This document shows, one piece after another, positions 54,739-64,000 of a stretch of 64,000 bases of DNA. Position numbers and translations under genes: made by a program. Below the pieces are notes generated by a model that made no database searches, had not been told where the DNA came from, and saw only the letters and a list, made by a program, of their open reading frames with translations. The stretch comes from Verrucomicrobiota bacterium (GTDB lineage: Bacteria; Verrucomicrobiota; Verrucomicrobiia; Verrucomicrobiales; DEV007): positions 64,001 to 128,000 of the forward strand of contig JASFYY010000037.1 in assembly GCA_045046875.1 (NCBI GenBank), in the 5' to 3' direction. Numbering within the stretch: position 1 is the first letter of the stretch; every line of letters starts with the position of its first letter.

Positions 54739-57700
54739 ATGAAAAAATCCAATCCTCACCCCTTTCCCTCCATTGTTAAAATAGGTTTTGCCTTCAGTTT
54801 GTTATTTGCCTTTGCCTGCAACAGTCAAGCCGAGCTGAGTTTCAAAAAAGACGACCACATCGTTCTCATCGGCAATACCCTGCCCGACCGCTTTCAGCAC
54901 GTCGGGTGGCTGGAAACGCTGCTGCAAGATGCGAACCCCGATCTACAACTCGTATTCCGCAACCAGGCCGTCTCCGGTGATACCGTGAGTAAAAGACCTC
55001 GCAGTAAAGGTTTCAAGCCTGTCGATGACTACCTCACTCACAGCAAAGCCGACATCATTTTCACTTTTTTTGGTTACAACGAATCTTTTGCTGGAGACAA
55101 AGGAATCGATAAGTTCAAAAAAGACCTCGTCAGCATGGTGGGAAAATACCGTAAGCTGAAACCCAACGGTAAGTCTGCCCCCCGCATTGTTCTATTCAGC
55201 CCGATTGCCCACGAAAACCTCAACAACCCCAACCTGCCCGATGGAAAATCCAATAACGAGCGTTTGGCCAAATACACCGCAGCGATCAAAGAGGTAGCCG
55301 CACAACAGAAAACCGGTTTTGTCGATCTCTTTTCCAGCTCACAAACCCTTTATGGCGCAGCAAAAAAACCCCTCACCATCAACGGCATTCACCTCACTGA
55401 AGAAGGCAACCGCCAACTCGCTGAAGTCATTGCCAAACAGCTCACTGGGAAAACGCTGGCCGCCACCGATAAACTCGAAGCCCTGCGCCAGGGAGTGATC
55501 GACAAAAACTGGCACTGGTTCAACCGCTTCCGCGCCACCGACGGCAATGATGTCTGGGGCAGTCGCTCAACCCTTAAATTCTACAACGACCAAAGCAACG
55601 GTACCGTACTGATGCACGAGCTCACCATGCTCGACGTCATGACCGCCAACCGTGACGTTCGAGTGCATGCCCTCTCCCGAGGCAGCGACATCGCCGTAGT
55701 GGACAGCAATGTCCCCAAACCGGTTAAAGTGATTTCAAACATCGGCGGCGGCAGCAAAAGCTCCAATGCGATGAAAGAAGGTACCCTGAATTACCTCAGC
55801 GGTGAAGAAGGCGTCGCCAAACTCAAAGTGCCCAAAAATTTCAAAGTCAATCTGTTTGCCGATGAAAAAATGTTCCCTGAATTGGCCAATCCGGTGCAAA
55901 TGCAAGTTGATGGCAAAGGCCGCCTGTGGGTTGCCGCTTGGAACACCTACCCCAAATGGGAACCGATGAAAAAAATGGATGACAGCATCCTCATTCTTAG
56001 CGACGAAGACCACGACGGCGTTGCCGACAAAGTGACCACCTTCGCCAATGTCCACAACCCACTAGGTTTTGAATTCTGGAATGGGGGAATCCTGGTGACC
56101 CGCCAACCCGACATCCTTTTCTTGAAAGACACCGACGGTGATGACGTCGCCGATGTCAAAATCCGTTACCTCAACGGCATTGGCTCAGCCGACACCCATC
56201 ACACTGCCAACAACCTGGTCATGGGACCTGATGGCGCCATCTACTGGCAAAGCGGTATCTTCATGCACAATAACATCGAGCACCCCTGGGGCCCCTCTCT
56301 CAGCACCGGATCCTCTGCGACTTATCGCTTTGATCCACGCCAATACACCATCAGTCACCACGCCACCAATAGCCCCAACCCGCATGGCACCTCCTTCGAT
56401 TACTGGGGTTATCACTACGCCAATGACGGCACCGGCGGCCGTGCCTACCAAGTTCGCCCCGAGGGCAAAGGATTCAAAATGTTTCCTCTCTTGGACAAAG
56501 AAGTGCGTCCGGTCGCCGCCGACCAAATCATATCCAGTCAGAACTTTCCCGACGAAATGCAAGGCGACTTCCTGATCTGTAATACCATCGGATTCCTCGG
56601 CATCAAACAATACAAACTCAATCTGGACGGTGGAGTCGAACGCAGCCGCACCGAAGGTAAGGGCGACAAAAAGAAAACGGTTAAATGGACAAGCAAACTC
56701 GGCGAAGCCTGGGGTGTTCCTTCCGGCAGCGAGTTGATCACCCACAGCATTGATCCCAAAACCGGAGAGAAAAAAGAAACCCGTAATATTGGTTTCCTGA
56801 TCAGTGAAGACAAAAACTTCCGCCCCACCGACGCCGTCTTCGGCGAAGATGGAGCCCTTTACGTTTCTGACTGGCAAAATGTCATCATCGGACATATGCA
56901 GCACAATATCCGCGACCCCAATCGCGATCACAAACACGGCCGTATTTACCGGGTCGTTAATCAAGACAAACCGCTGCAAAAGCCTGTCAAAATCGATGGG
57001 GCTTCACTGCCCGAGTTGATGACCAATCTTGAACATCCGGTTAACGGAGTCCGTCACCGCACCCGGGTTGAACTCAGCGAACGTCCCAGCAAGGATGTGA
57101 TCGAGGCATGCCAAAAATGGATGAAAAAGTTCGACCCGAAAAAGAAAGCAGACGCACATCACTTGCTTGAAGCTCTGTGGGTGCATCAGCAGCACAACGT
57201 GCGCAATACCAAGCTTCTCGGACAAGTGCTGGTTTCACCCGAACCTCATGCCCGTGTCGCGGCGAACACCGTGCAGCACTACTGGTACAACGTAGATCTC
57301 ACCAACACCTCGGGCGAGAAATTCGAGACTCACAAAGAGAGCAAGCTGCCCAAAGGAATCATCTCCGACAGCGCTGACCTCACCGTGGTGCAAATCAATA
57401 CCGTGGTGGAAAAAATGCGTTACGACGTAAAAGAGTTCACCGTAAAGTCGGGCAAAAAGATCAAACTGACCTTTACCAATCCTGACTTCATGCCGCACAA
57501 CCTGATGATCACCCTGCCAAAAAGCGCTGAAGAAGTGGCCTTGGCAGCAATGGCCATGGGCGCTGAAGGCTTCACCAAAGGCTTCCACCCCGATAGCCCG
57601 AAAATCCTCTGGGCAACCAAGATGCTCGATAATGGACAGGATGCCGTGTTAGAATTCACCGCCCCGGATAAACCCGGCGACTACGAGTTTGTCTGCACCT

Positions 57701-57750
57701 TCCCCGGTCACTACATGCTAATGCGCGGCATCATGAGGGTGGTGAAATAA
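54739..57750 (+). CDS. PVC-type secreted dehydrogenase-like protein: SGNH-like + beta-propeller + helical repeat + C-terminal cupredoxin
   Basis: [56 protein letters not shown]; type-1 Cu ligands PHN...CTFPGH..LM. Confidence 0.85.
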   Translation: MKKSNPHPFPSIVKIGFAFSLLFAFACNSQAELSFKKDDHIVLIGNTLPDRFQHVGWLETLLQDANPDLQLVFRNQAVSGDTVSKRPRSKGFKPVDDYLTHSKADIIFTFFGYNESFAGDKGIDKFKKDLVSMVGKYRKLKPNGKSAPRIVLFSPIAHENLNNPNLPDGKSNNERLAKYTAAIKEVAAQQKTGFVDLFSSSQTLYGAAKKPLTINGIHLTEEGNRQLAEVIAKQLTGKTLAATDKLEALRQGVIDKNWHWFNRFRATDGNDVWGSRSTLKFYNDQSNGTVLMHELTMLDVMTANRDVRVHALSRGSDIAVVDSNVPKPVKVISNIGGGSKSSNAMKEGTLNYLSGEEGVAKLKVPKNFKVNLFADEKMFPELANPVQMQVDGKGRLWVAAWNTYPKWEPMKKMDDSILILSDEDHDGVADKVTTFANVHNPLGFEFWNGGILVTRQPDILFLKDTDGDDVADVKIRYLNGIGSADTHHTANNLVMGPDGAIYWQSGIFMHNNIEHPWGPSLSTGSSATYRFDPRQYTISHHATNSPNPHGTSFDYWGYHYANDGTGGRAYQVRPEGKGFKMFPLLDKEVRPVAADQIISSQNFPDEMQGDFLICNTIGFLGIKQYKLNLDGGVERSRTEGKGDKKKTVKWTSKLGEAWGVPSGSELITHSIDPKTGEKKETRNIGFLISEDKNFRPTDAVFGEDGALYVSDWQNVIIGHMQHNIRDPNRDHKHGRIYRVVNQDKPLQKPVKIDGASLPELMTNLEHPVNGVRHRTRVELSERPSKDVIEACQKWMKKFDPKKKADAHHLLEALWVHQQHNVRNTKLLGQVLVSPEPHARVAANTVQHYWYNVDLTNTSGEKFETHKESKLPKGIISDSADLTVVQINTVVEKMRYDVKEFTVKSGKKIKLTFTNPDFMPHNLMITLPKSAEEVALAAMAMGAEGFTKGFHPDSPKILWATKMLDNGQDAVLEFTAPDKPGDYEFVCTFPGHYMLMRGIMRVVK

Positions 57751-57775
57751 TAATAAGGTTTGCTTCTTGATATTC

Positions 57776-57818
57776 AGAGGGACGTGGATTGACTGCAATC
57801 CACGTCCCTCTTTTTTTT
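57776..57818 (+). terminator. Rho-independent terminator
   Basis: 16-bp perfect stem AGAGGGACGTGGATTG/CAATCCACGTCCCTCT followed by a T run. Confidence 0.9.
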
Positions 57819-57931
57819 CTTAAAGCCGAGCTTACCACTCCACCGCTCTCGGCCCAGAGAGCTCCATTCCGACAGCCTCGCTGAAAGCCTCTTGCAGCCC
57901 AAGCTGACTGGCTTATGGTTCTTTCAACCCC

Positions 57932-58939
57932 ATGAAAAAATTACTCCCCCTCATTGTTTCTGTTTGGCTATTATCCTTAATAGGCTCCCCCGCAGCACCC
58001 CTCGTTTATGAAGGCTCCACTGGTCCCGGCAAGGACAAACACATCGTTTTCATCGCCAACGACCACAACTACCGTTCGCAGGAATCCCTGACCGCTCTCG
58101 CCCGCATCCTCGCCAAACACCATGGCTTCAAATGCACGGTGCTCTTTGGAATAGATCCCAAAACCGGCATCATTCTACCTGGAGAGTCCAACATCCCGGC
58201 AATGGAGAATCTGAAGACCGCCGACCTGCTAGTGCTTTTTGCCCGATTTCAAAACCTGCCCCAAGCTCAGATGCAGCACTTTGTGGACTACTTGGATCGC
58301 GCAGGCCCCATCGTCGCACTACGAACATCCACTCATGCATTCAAAATCCCCCAGGATGCCCCCTTTGCCAAATACTCATACGACTATCCAAAAAAGGATT
58401 ACCTTGGAGGTTTTGGGCGTCAGGTTTTAGGAGAAACTTGGAACGGCCACCATGGAAAAAACAATCAACAAAGCACCCGACTTCCCCTCATAGAAGAAAA
58501 ATCCAACCATCCTATACTCCGTGGGGTCAAAGACATGTGGGTGCCGTCAGGGGGATATTTCACCGCCCCCACCGAGGACTGCAAAATCCTAGCCATGGCA
58601 CAGCCCCTGAATGGCATGCAAGCCGATTCCAAAGTGGCGAGTGAACTGAAAGCCGCACCGGGCGCTTGGACCCGAACTTATCAAGGCAAAAATAAAACAC
58701 ACGGACGCACTTTTACCAGCACCTACGGTGCCTCCGATGATATTCTGAACGAGGGCTACCGCCGCATGCTGATCAACGCCTGCTTCTGGGCCGCCGGCTT
58801 GGAAGAAAAAATTCAAGCCAAAGCCGACATCAGCTTAGTAGGCCCCTATCACCCCACCTGGCTCAACGCAGCCGATCCTCACTTCGCAAAACCGGAAACT
58901 CTCAGCAGTTGGGACAGCCCTATTGGATCGTTGAAATAA
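57932..58939 (+). CDS. ThuA-like (class I GATase-like fold) secreted protein
   Basis: KHIVFIANDHNYRSQE, ADLLVLFARF, LRTSTHAF, HPILRG, RRMLINACFWA. Confidence 0.8.
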   Translation: MKKLLPLIVSVWLLSLIGSPAAPLVYEGSTGPGKDKHIVFIANDHNYRSQESLTALARILAKHHGFKCTVLFGIDPKTGIILPGESNIPAMENLKTADLLVLFARFQNLPQAQMQHFVDYLDRAGPIVALRTSTHAFKIPQDAPFAKYSYDYPKKDYLGGFGRQVLGETWNGHHGKNNQQSTRLPLIEEKSNHPILRGVKDMWVPSGGYFTAPTEDCKILAMAQPLNGMQADSKVASELKAAPGAWTRTYQGKNKTHGRTFTSTYGASDDILNEGYRRMLINACFWAAGLEEKIQAKADISLVGPYHPTWLNAADPHFAKPETLSSWDSPIGSLK

Positions 58940-58948
58940 CAAAAAAAC

Positions 58949-59596
58949 TCACTCCACTCTTCCCTGCACCAACTTCCCGTCCTCAAGAAAAAACTCCTTA
59001 TCGGCAATCAAGTCGGCCTCCCGCCGACTATGGGTGATATGCAATGCGGTGATCCCATGCTCCTTCACCACCGAACGGATCAACTCAACCATGCCTTCAT
59101 GAGTCTCTTCATCAAGAGCGCTCAGCGGTTCATCGAGACAAATAATCTTCGGCCGCACCGCCAGGGCCCGGCCCAAAGCCACCCGTTGACGTTCGCCTCC
59201 ACTCAGGCCAAAAGGCTTGCGCTCTAAAATATCTTCGATCCCCAATTCTTCAGCCAGTTCCGGCACTCGTTGCTCGATTTCCTTTTTTCCCCAGCCCTGA
59301 ACCTTTGGACCAAAAGCCAATTGTTGGCGCACCGTCATCGTCGCAAACAAAGCCCCATCCTGCGGCACAAAACCAATGCCACGCTCCCCCGCCCGCAGCC
59401 GGGTCACATCCCGGCCCATCAAAGTGATTCGACCGCTCACCACTTCTTTCAAACCACAGATAGCTTCCAATATCGTCGTTTTGCCACATCCGGTTTTCCC
59501 CATCAACACCCCGTGCTCCCCCGTAGGCACTTCAAAAGAAATGCCATCGATGCAAAAGTCCCCCGCTCTGACGGAAAGCTGTTCAACTGAAATCAT
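58949..59596 (-). CDS. modC: Molybdate/tungstate-type ABC ATPase
   Basis: GKTGCGKT, LSGGERQRVALGRAL, LDEP; downstream of the permease. Confidence 0.8.
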   Translation of the reverse strand: MISVEQLSVRAGDFCIDGISFEVPTGEHGVLMGKTGCGKTTILEAICGLKEVVSGRITLMGRDVTRLRAGERGIGFVPQDGALFATMTVRQQLAFGPKVQGWGKKEIEQRVPELAEELGIEDILERKPFGLSGGERQRVALGRALAVRPKIICLDEPLSALDEETHEGMVELIRSVVKEHGITALHITHSRREADLIADKEFFLEDGKLVQGRVE

Positions 59597-59599
59597 TTT

Positions 59600-60496
59600 T
59601 TATAATACAAATTTTTTCCTGCTCTCCCGGCCCCACATTCTGACCGCAATCAATACCACCACCGCGATCGACACCATCATCAGCGATACAATCACCGCAC
59701 CTTCCAAGTTACCAATACTGATCTCCAGGAATACTGAAGAAGACAACACTTCGGTGCGCCCTCGTATGGTTCCCGCAAAAACCAGAATCGGACCAAACTC
59801 TCCCATCGCCCGGGTCCAAGCCAATGTACCTGCCGTTGAAACCCCCCGCCAAGCTTCCGGCACCACCACCCGAATAAAAGCCTGCGCCCGGTTGCAGCCC
59901 AAAGTCAACGCCACCTGCTCGGCACGCGGACTGATCTGATCAAAGGTATTGCGCATCGTGCGAACCGCAAAAGCTGCCGCCACGGTAAACTGGGCAAGAA
60001 TCACCGCAGGCACCTTATAAGTGATACCGGCATCCATGCCTTCCGGCATGAAGGGACCAAAAATCTTGCCGAACATTTCTTCAAAACTCGGCCCGTCTAT
60101 TCCCAGCCATTCCCATGGCGGCATCTTGTTGAACAAAATCAGCAAACTCAAACCCACCACCAAGGGCGGCAACACAATCGGAATATCCAGCACCGCATCA
60201 ATCAGAGCCTTGCCACGGAAATCATAACGCGACAGCAAATAGCCAATCGGCAAAGCCACCATAACCGACAACAGCGCGGTCACCGTGCAGGTGAACAAAG
60301 TCAACTTCACCGAACTCTGAATATACTCATCTGCTAGAATCGCTTTAAATTCCTCCCAGCCCACATTGCTCACCGAATAAAACACATCCGCCATCAGCAT
60401 CCCGCCGATCAACAGCAGATACATCACGGCAATGCCGATCATTGCCGCAAAAAACGGAACATCCGAGCGGACTTTAACTGGTGAGTGATCCGCCAC
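59600..60496 (-). CDS. modB: Molybdate-type ABC permease
   Basis: DIPIVLPPLVVG, RAMGEFG, EAA-like loop AEQVALTLG. Confidence 0.82.
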   Translation of the reverse strand: MADHSPVKVRSDVPFFAAMIGIAVMYLLLIGGMLMADVFYSVSNVGWEEFKAILADEYIQSSVKLTLFTCTVTALLSVMVALPIGYLLSRYDFRGKALIDAVLDIPIVLPPLVVGLSLLILFNKMPPWEWLGIDGPSFEEMFGKIFGPFMPEGMDAGITYKVPAVILAQFTVAAAFAVRTMRNTFDQISPRAEQVALTLGCNRAQAFIRVVVPEAWRGVSTAGTLAWTRAMGEFGPILVFAGTIRGRTEVLSSSVFLEISIGNLEGAVIVSLMMVSIAVVVLIAVRMWGRESRKKFVL

Positions 60497-60499
60497 AGT

Positions 60500-62032
60500 T
60501 TATTGCTCTTTTTTGCCCTCTTCTTCTTTCCCCAGTTCCCAGCGAAAACCATGTTTCATGAATTTCTTCTTACCCTGAACCGACACCGCTGCGGTGAAAA
60601 AGCGATCGAGCAAATAGCGGTGTTTTGAATTTTTAGCCACCGCATACGGTTGATGGGCAATCGCATTGGGACGATCAATACCCACAATTTCATAATCATC
60701 CACCGTCGATTGACTGGCCATTGCGTTGCTCTTATAAACAATCACCGCATCCAAGGAGCCCGTCTTAACCTGATTGACCAAAAAATCCCCGGTGGGCGAA
60801 TCCATTTTGATATTGCCCGAATCCACCACCTTTTGATACAAACCCTCTTCTTCCAACAGATACTTGGTCAGGAAACCCAAGGCCGATTTCTGCGGATGGG
60901 CAAAACCCAAACGAATCCCTTCTTTTGATAAATCCGTCAGTTTGAGAATCCCTTTAGGATTGCCCTTTTCGGTAAGAATCACCATCTCATTAGCTGAAAC
61001 CAAAGTGGATTCTAGAAAACGGTCTGCCACCATTTGCATAAACTTTACGTCGCAGGAAAAATAAGCGTCGGGTTTTTCTCCGGCTTTCATTTGCGAGACC
61101 AATACCCCACAACCATTGAACACCGGCGTGATCGTCACCCCTTCACGTTTCTCAAAGGATTTGATAGTATCCTGAATCGCCGGACGCAACATCGCACCGC
61201 TGAACAATAAAATATCAGGCTTCAGCGCCCACTCGTCCCCATCAACCACGTCATATCCTTCTTTCTTGAATACCGGCAAACCCTTGTCTTTGGCGCTCAA
61301 ATAACGACAGAACCTCAAAGCCTCCGTCGGTTGCTTGGAAGCCGTCAAAACCCCAATTGTGATATTTTTCCTCTCAACATCAAACTCCGGCAGATTGACA
61401 AAATCAATTTCATCATACTGGTGAGTCAACGCGTCCCAGCAAATCACCACATCCACCGTGCCCAGTTTCAAGGCATTCGCCAATTCGTTCACTGTCGGCA
61501 ACAAAACCGTTGGTTTTACATCTTTCCAAATACCATGTTTACTAAGAACCTTTTTGGTGAACTTGCCCACCGACGCCGCATCCGGGTTGGCAATGCCTAT
61601 TTTTAAATCTTTACGCGTCAAATCCGCCAGTTTGCTCAATCCTTTGGGATTACCCTTGGGCACTCCGAAACCCGCGCGCATGAAAGCCACCGGCATGGTT
61701 TCTTCCAGCAATTTTTTACCCTTGGCGATATCCGTGTAACTCGAATCGGCTGCCAGGTAAATATCGCCCGGCGCGATCTCCAAACTGCTCAACAAGGTTC
61801 CCGAACCGCCATATTGCAGTTGCACTTTCACCCCGTATTCTTCTTCATATTTTTTTGCTACCTCGACCACTGGAGCCTTTATCCCCGCTGCGCAAAACAT
61901 CACCAGGGTCTTGTCCTTGCCACCTCCGCCACCACAAGCCACTAGCAAAAAAACGGACAACAAAACCACCGCAGCCTGGGTAAAGGGTTGCAGCAAATAC
62001 AAAAAAGAATTCTTAATTAAATGCATCATCAC
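60500..62032 (-). CDS. modA: Lipoprotein with two tandem ModA-like oxyanion-binding domains
   Basis: Lipobox LVAC; domain 1 FCAAGI..YGGSGTL..DIYLAAD..KGNPK; domain 2 FSGAML..FNGCGVL..DAYFSCD..KGNPK. Confidence 0.82.
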   Translation of the reverse strand: MMMHLIKNSFLYLLQPFTQAAVVLLSVFLLVACGGGGGKDKTLVMFCAAGIKAPVVEVAKKYEEEYGVKVQLQYGGSGTLLSSLEIAPGDIYLAADSSYTDIAKGKKLLEETMPVAFMRAGFGVPKGNPKGLSKLADLTRKDLKIGIANPDAASVGKFTKKVLSKHGIWKDVKPTVLLPTVNELANALKLGTVDVVICWDALTHQYDEIDFVNLPEFDVERKNITIGVLTASKQPTEALRFCRYLSAKDKGLPVFKKEGYDVVDGDEWALKPDILLFSGAMLRPAIQDTIKSFEKREGVTITPVFNGCGVLVSQMKAGEKPDAYFSCDVKFMQMVADRFLESTLVSANEMVILTEKGNPKGILKLTDLSKEGIRLGFAHPQKSALGFLTKYLLEEEGLYQKVVDSGNIKMDSPTGDFLVNQVKTGSLDAVIVYKSNAMASQSTVDDYEIVGIDRPNAIAHQPYAVAKNSKHRYLLDRFFTAAVSVQGKKKFMKHGFRWELGKEEEGKKEQ

Positions 62033-62784
62033 AATTTTTTACAAATTTCACAATCAGGGTTTCGCGCGATTTTCACCTTTTGCAGTTTCATCGTCAAAGT
62101 ATCAAAATAAATCAAGCGGTTCAAGTTTACCCCTGACAAGCCCGCAATCAACTTAATCCCTTCCATCGCACCAATGTTGGCGATCAAGGCCGACACCGCA
62201 CCGATCACCGGAAAACGACGTTTCCAATGAGCAGGCACTTCCGGATACAGACAAGCCAGGCAAGCGGTTTCACCTGGCACAATGGGAATCACTTGCCCCT
62301 CCATATTGAACATCGCACAATCAATCAGCGGCTTCTGCTGCAACACACACTCCCGATTCATCAAAAAACGCTCTTCGAATAAAGGCGCTGCATCAAAAAC
62401 GATGTCCGCCCGCTCTACCAAATCCACTGCATTGTCCTCGGTAAAATTTTCCGCCACCGTTTCAATTTCAATATGGGGATTAAATTGACGCAGGGTCTCA
62501 GCCGCTGCATCCACCCGGTTTTTACCCAAATAATCATGCCGCATCAATATCTGACGATTCAAATCATCCGGACGTAAATGACCGCCATGCACCAAAATCA
62601 ATTTTCCAATGCCTGCCGCCGCCAGAGACAAGGCCAATGGCCCACCCAGACCTCCTATTCTAGAAACCAGCGCCGTGCTGTTTCGCAATTTCACCTGCCC
62701 TTGTTCTCCCAAGCCAGGCACATTCAATTGCCATTCATAAATCGCCCGATCACGATCCGATAATTCATTCTCAATTTCTTCCAT
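62029..62784 (-). CDS. moeB: HesA/MoeB/ThiF family adenylyltransferase
   Basis: RIGGLG, DLNRQIL, CLAC and CEIC zinc motifs; next to a MoaD-like gene. Confidence 0.85.
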   Translation of the reverse strand: MEEIENELSDRDRAIYEWQLNVPGLGEQGQVKLRNSTALVSRIGGLGGPLALSLAAAGIGKLILVHGGHLRPDDLNRQILMRHDYLGKNRVDAAAETLRQFNPHIEIETVAENFTEDNAVDLVERADIVFDAAPLFEERFLMNRECVLQQKPLIDCAMFNMEGQVIPIVPGETACLACLYPEVPAHWKRRFPVIGAVSALIANIGAMEGIKLIAGLSGVNLNRLIYFDTLTMKLQKVKIARNPDCEICKKL

Positions 62785-62814
62785 TGTTCTCGAATGACTC
62801 AGAATTTCTAATTC

Positions 62815-63096
62815 TTAACCTCCTGCGATCGGTGTCATCAGCATCAACACCTTCACTCCCTCCAGAGACAAATTTCCTTTATCCCCCGCCGCCTGTTCAC
62901 CATCCAAGACCACCAGCAAAGTCGATCGAATACGCCCCTCCCCATCAAAAACCAGTTCACCAAATTTTTCACCATACACCTCCAGGCGTCCCTTTAACAC
63001 ATCCGCCACAGAATCCCCTTCAGCGACCTCAACCGCCTCCTCCGATGCTCCCACCACCGAGGCCAACTGGCCTGTGTAATCGATGGTTAAAGTCAT
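62815..63096 (-). CDS. moaD: MoaD/ThiS sulfur-carrier protein
   Basis: 93 aa ubiquitin-like size, C-terminal PIAGG. Confidence 0.85.
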   Translation of the reverse strand: MTLTIDYTGQLASVVGASEEAVEVAEGDSVADVLKGRLEVYGEKFGELVFDGEGRIRSTLLVVLDGEQAAGDKGNLSLEGVKVLMLMTPIAGG

Positions 63097-63818
63097 CCTT
63101 CCTGCCCCTCCTTTTTCTCACCTTGTTGATCTGAAGAAATCATTTTACCTCCATCCAAATGCATCGCCGATTTCGCCGCGGCCTTGGCTCGGTCATCATG
63201 AGTCACCATGATCACCGCTCCACCGTCATCAGCAAAGTCCGCCAAATGTTGCAGTATGATTTCCGAATTTTCCGGGTCGAGATTTCCTGTCGGTTCATCA
63301 GCCAATACCAACTCTGGAGAATGTAATAATGCTCGGGCCAAGGCCACCCGTTGCTGTTCGCCGATACTCAATTTGGACGGCACATGATGCAGCCGGTGAC
63401 CGATATTAAATTTCTCTAACAATTCGCGGGCTCGATCCCCGTTTGATTCACCGCCGGACGATCTGTTCGCCAGATCTCCTATCAATACATTATCCAACAC
63501 ATTGAGGTAGGGGATCAAATGAAACTGCTGGAAAACAAAACCCACGTGTTCGGCACGAAAAGCAGCCTGCCCCTCAGCTTTTAATTCATAAGGGTTTTTC
63601 CCCGCGATTTCGATCACCCCCTCATCCGGAGATAACAAAGCTCCCGTCATCAATAACAAAGTCGATTTTCCGCAGCCACTCGGCCCATGCAAAGCGACAA
63701 AATCTCCCGCACAAATCTCAAAAGAAACGTCATTGACCGCATGTACCTCCTCCTCGGTGGTCACAAACCTTTTATGCAAGCCTTCTGCTTTTACGGCTAT
63801 TGGTTGATTATCAGTCAT
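63093..63818 (-). CDS. LolD/MacB-type ABC ATP-binding protein
   Basis: GPSGCGKST, VGFVFQQFHL, LSIGEQQR, LADEPTGNLD. Confidence 0.92.
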   Translation of the reverse strand: MTDNQPIAVKAEGLHKRFVTTEEEVHAVNDVSFEICAGDFVALHGPSGCGKSTLLLMTGALLSPDEGVIEIAGKNPYELKAEGQAAFRAEHVGFVFQQFHLIPYLNVLDNVLIGDLANRSSGGESNGDRARELLEKFNIGHRLHHVPSKLSIGEQQRVALARALLHSPELVLADEPTGNLDPENSEIILQHLADFADDGGAVIMVTHDDRAKAAAKSAMHLDGGKMISSDQQGEKKEGQEG

Positions 63819-64000
63819 AGCGTAACACGTCTGCTGGATCTTTTTGAGCTGCCATTAATGAAGGCAACCAGGCGGACACCGCCGCCAAAACGGGAGCCGC
63901 GAGCAAAAGCCATGCACACTCGCTCACGCTGATCACCTCGGCCAAAGTGATGCCATGGAAAAAACGTTCCTTCAGCAAAGGATAAATCACGGCAAAAAAC
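63811..64000 (-). CDS. FtsX/MacB-type ABC permease, C-terminal fragment (continues beyond the window)
   Basis: ...LLAAPVLAAVSAWLPSLMAAQKDPADVLRYD*, typical MacB/FtsX C-terminus, overlapping the ATPase start. Confidence 0.8.
   Translation of the reverse strand, partial: FFAVIYPLLKERFFHGITLAEVISVSECAWLLLAAPVLAAVSAWLPSLMAAQKDPADVLRYD

Noticed and set aside
57776..57818. Similarity of this hairpin (TGGATTG..CAATCC) to the array REP
   Set aside because: The match is short, there is no GTAG end, and a perfect stem plus T run after a stop codon fits an ordinary terminator.

Overview
Bacterial chromosomal window that looks like Verrucomicrobiota (PVC superphylum). Supporting markers are a double-length UvrA, SHD1-like secreted proteins, a PVC-type beta-propeller dehydrogenase-like protein and an ECF sigma/FecR pair. 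Most of it is housekeeping: nrdR, rpoN, mrp, yggS, hemL, uvrA, cls, aat, coaD-yceD-rpmF-plsX-fabH-tatD and a modABC-moeB-moaD-like cluster. Accessory parts are an AT-richer LRR locus at the left edge, a 4x ~95-bp REP/BIME-like tandem array, an integrase-less islet at the 3' end of tRNA-Leu(TAA) carrying a spermidine-synthase-like membrane fusion, gene remnants and a TIR-FHA protein, and a FitA/VapC toxin-antitoxin pair. The most unusual element is an intact, overlapping XdhA/XdhB-like gene pair that keeps the xanthine dehydrogenase scaffold but has lost the [2Fe-2S] cysteines and the Moco/substrate motifs, making it a candidate pseudo-enzyme complex. All family assignments come from recognising motifs by eye; no searches were run.
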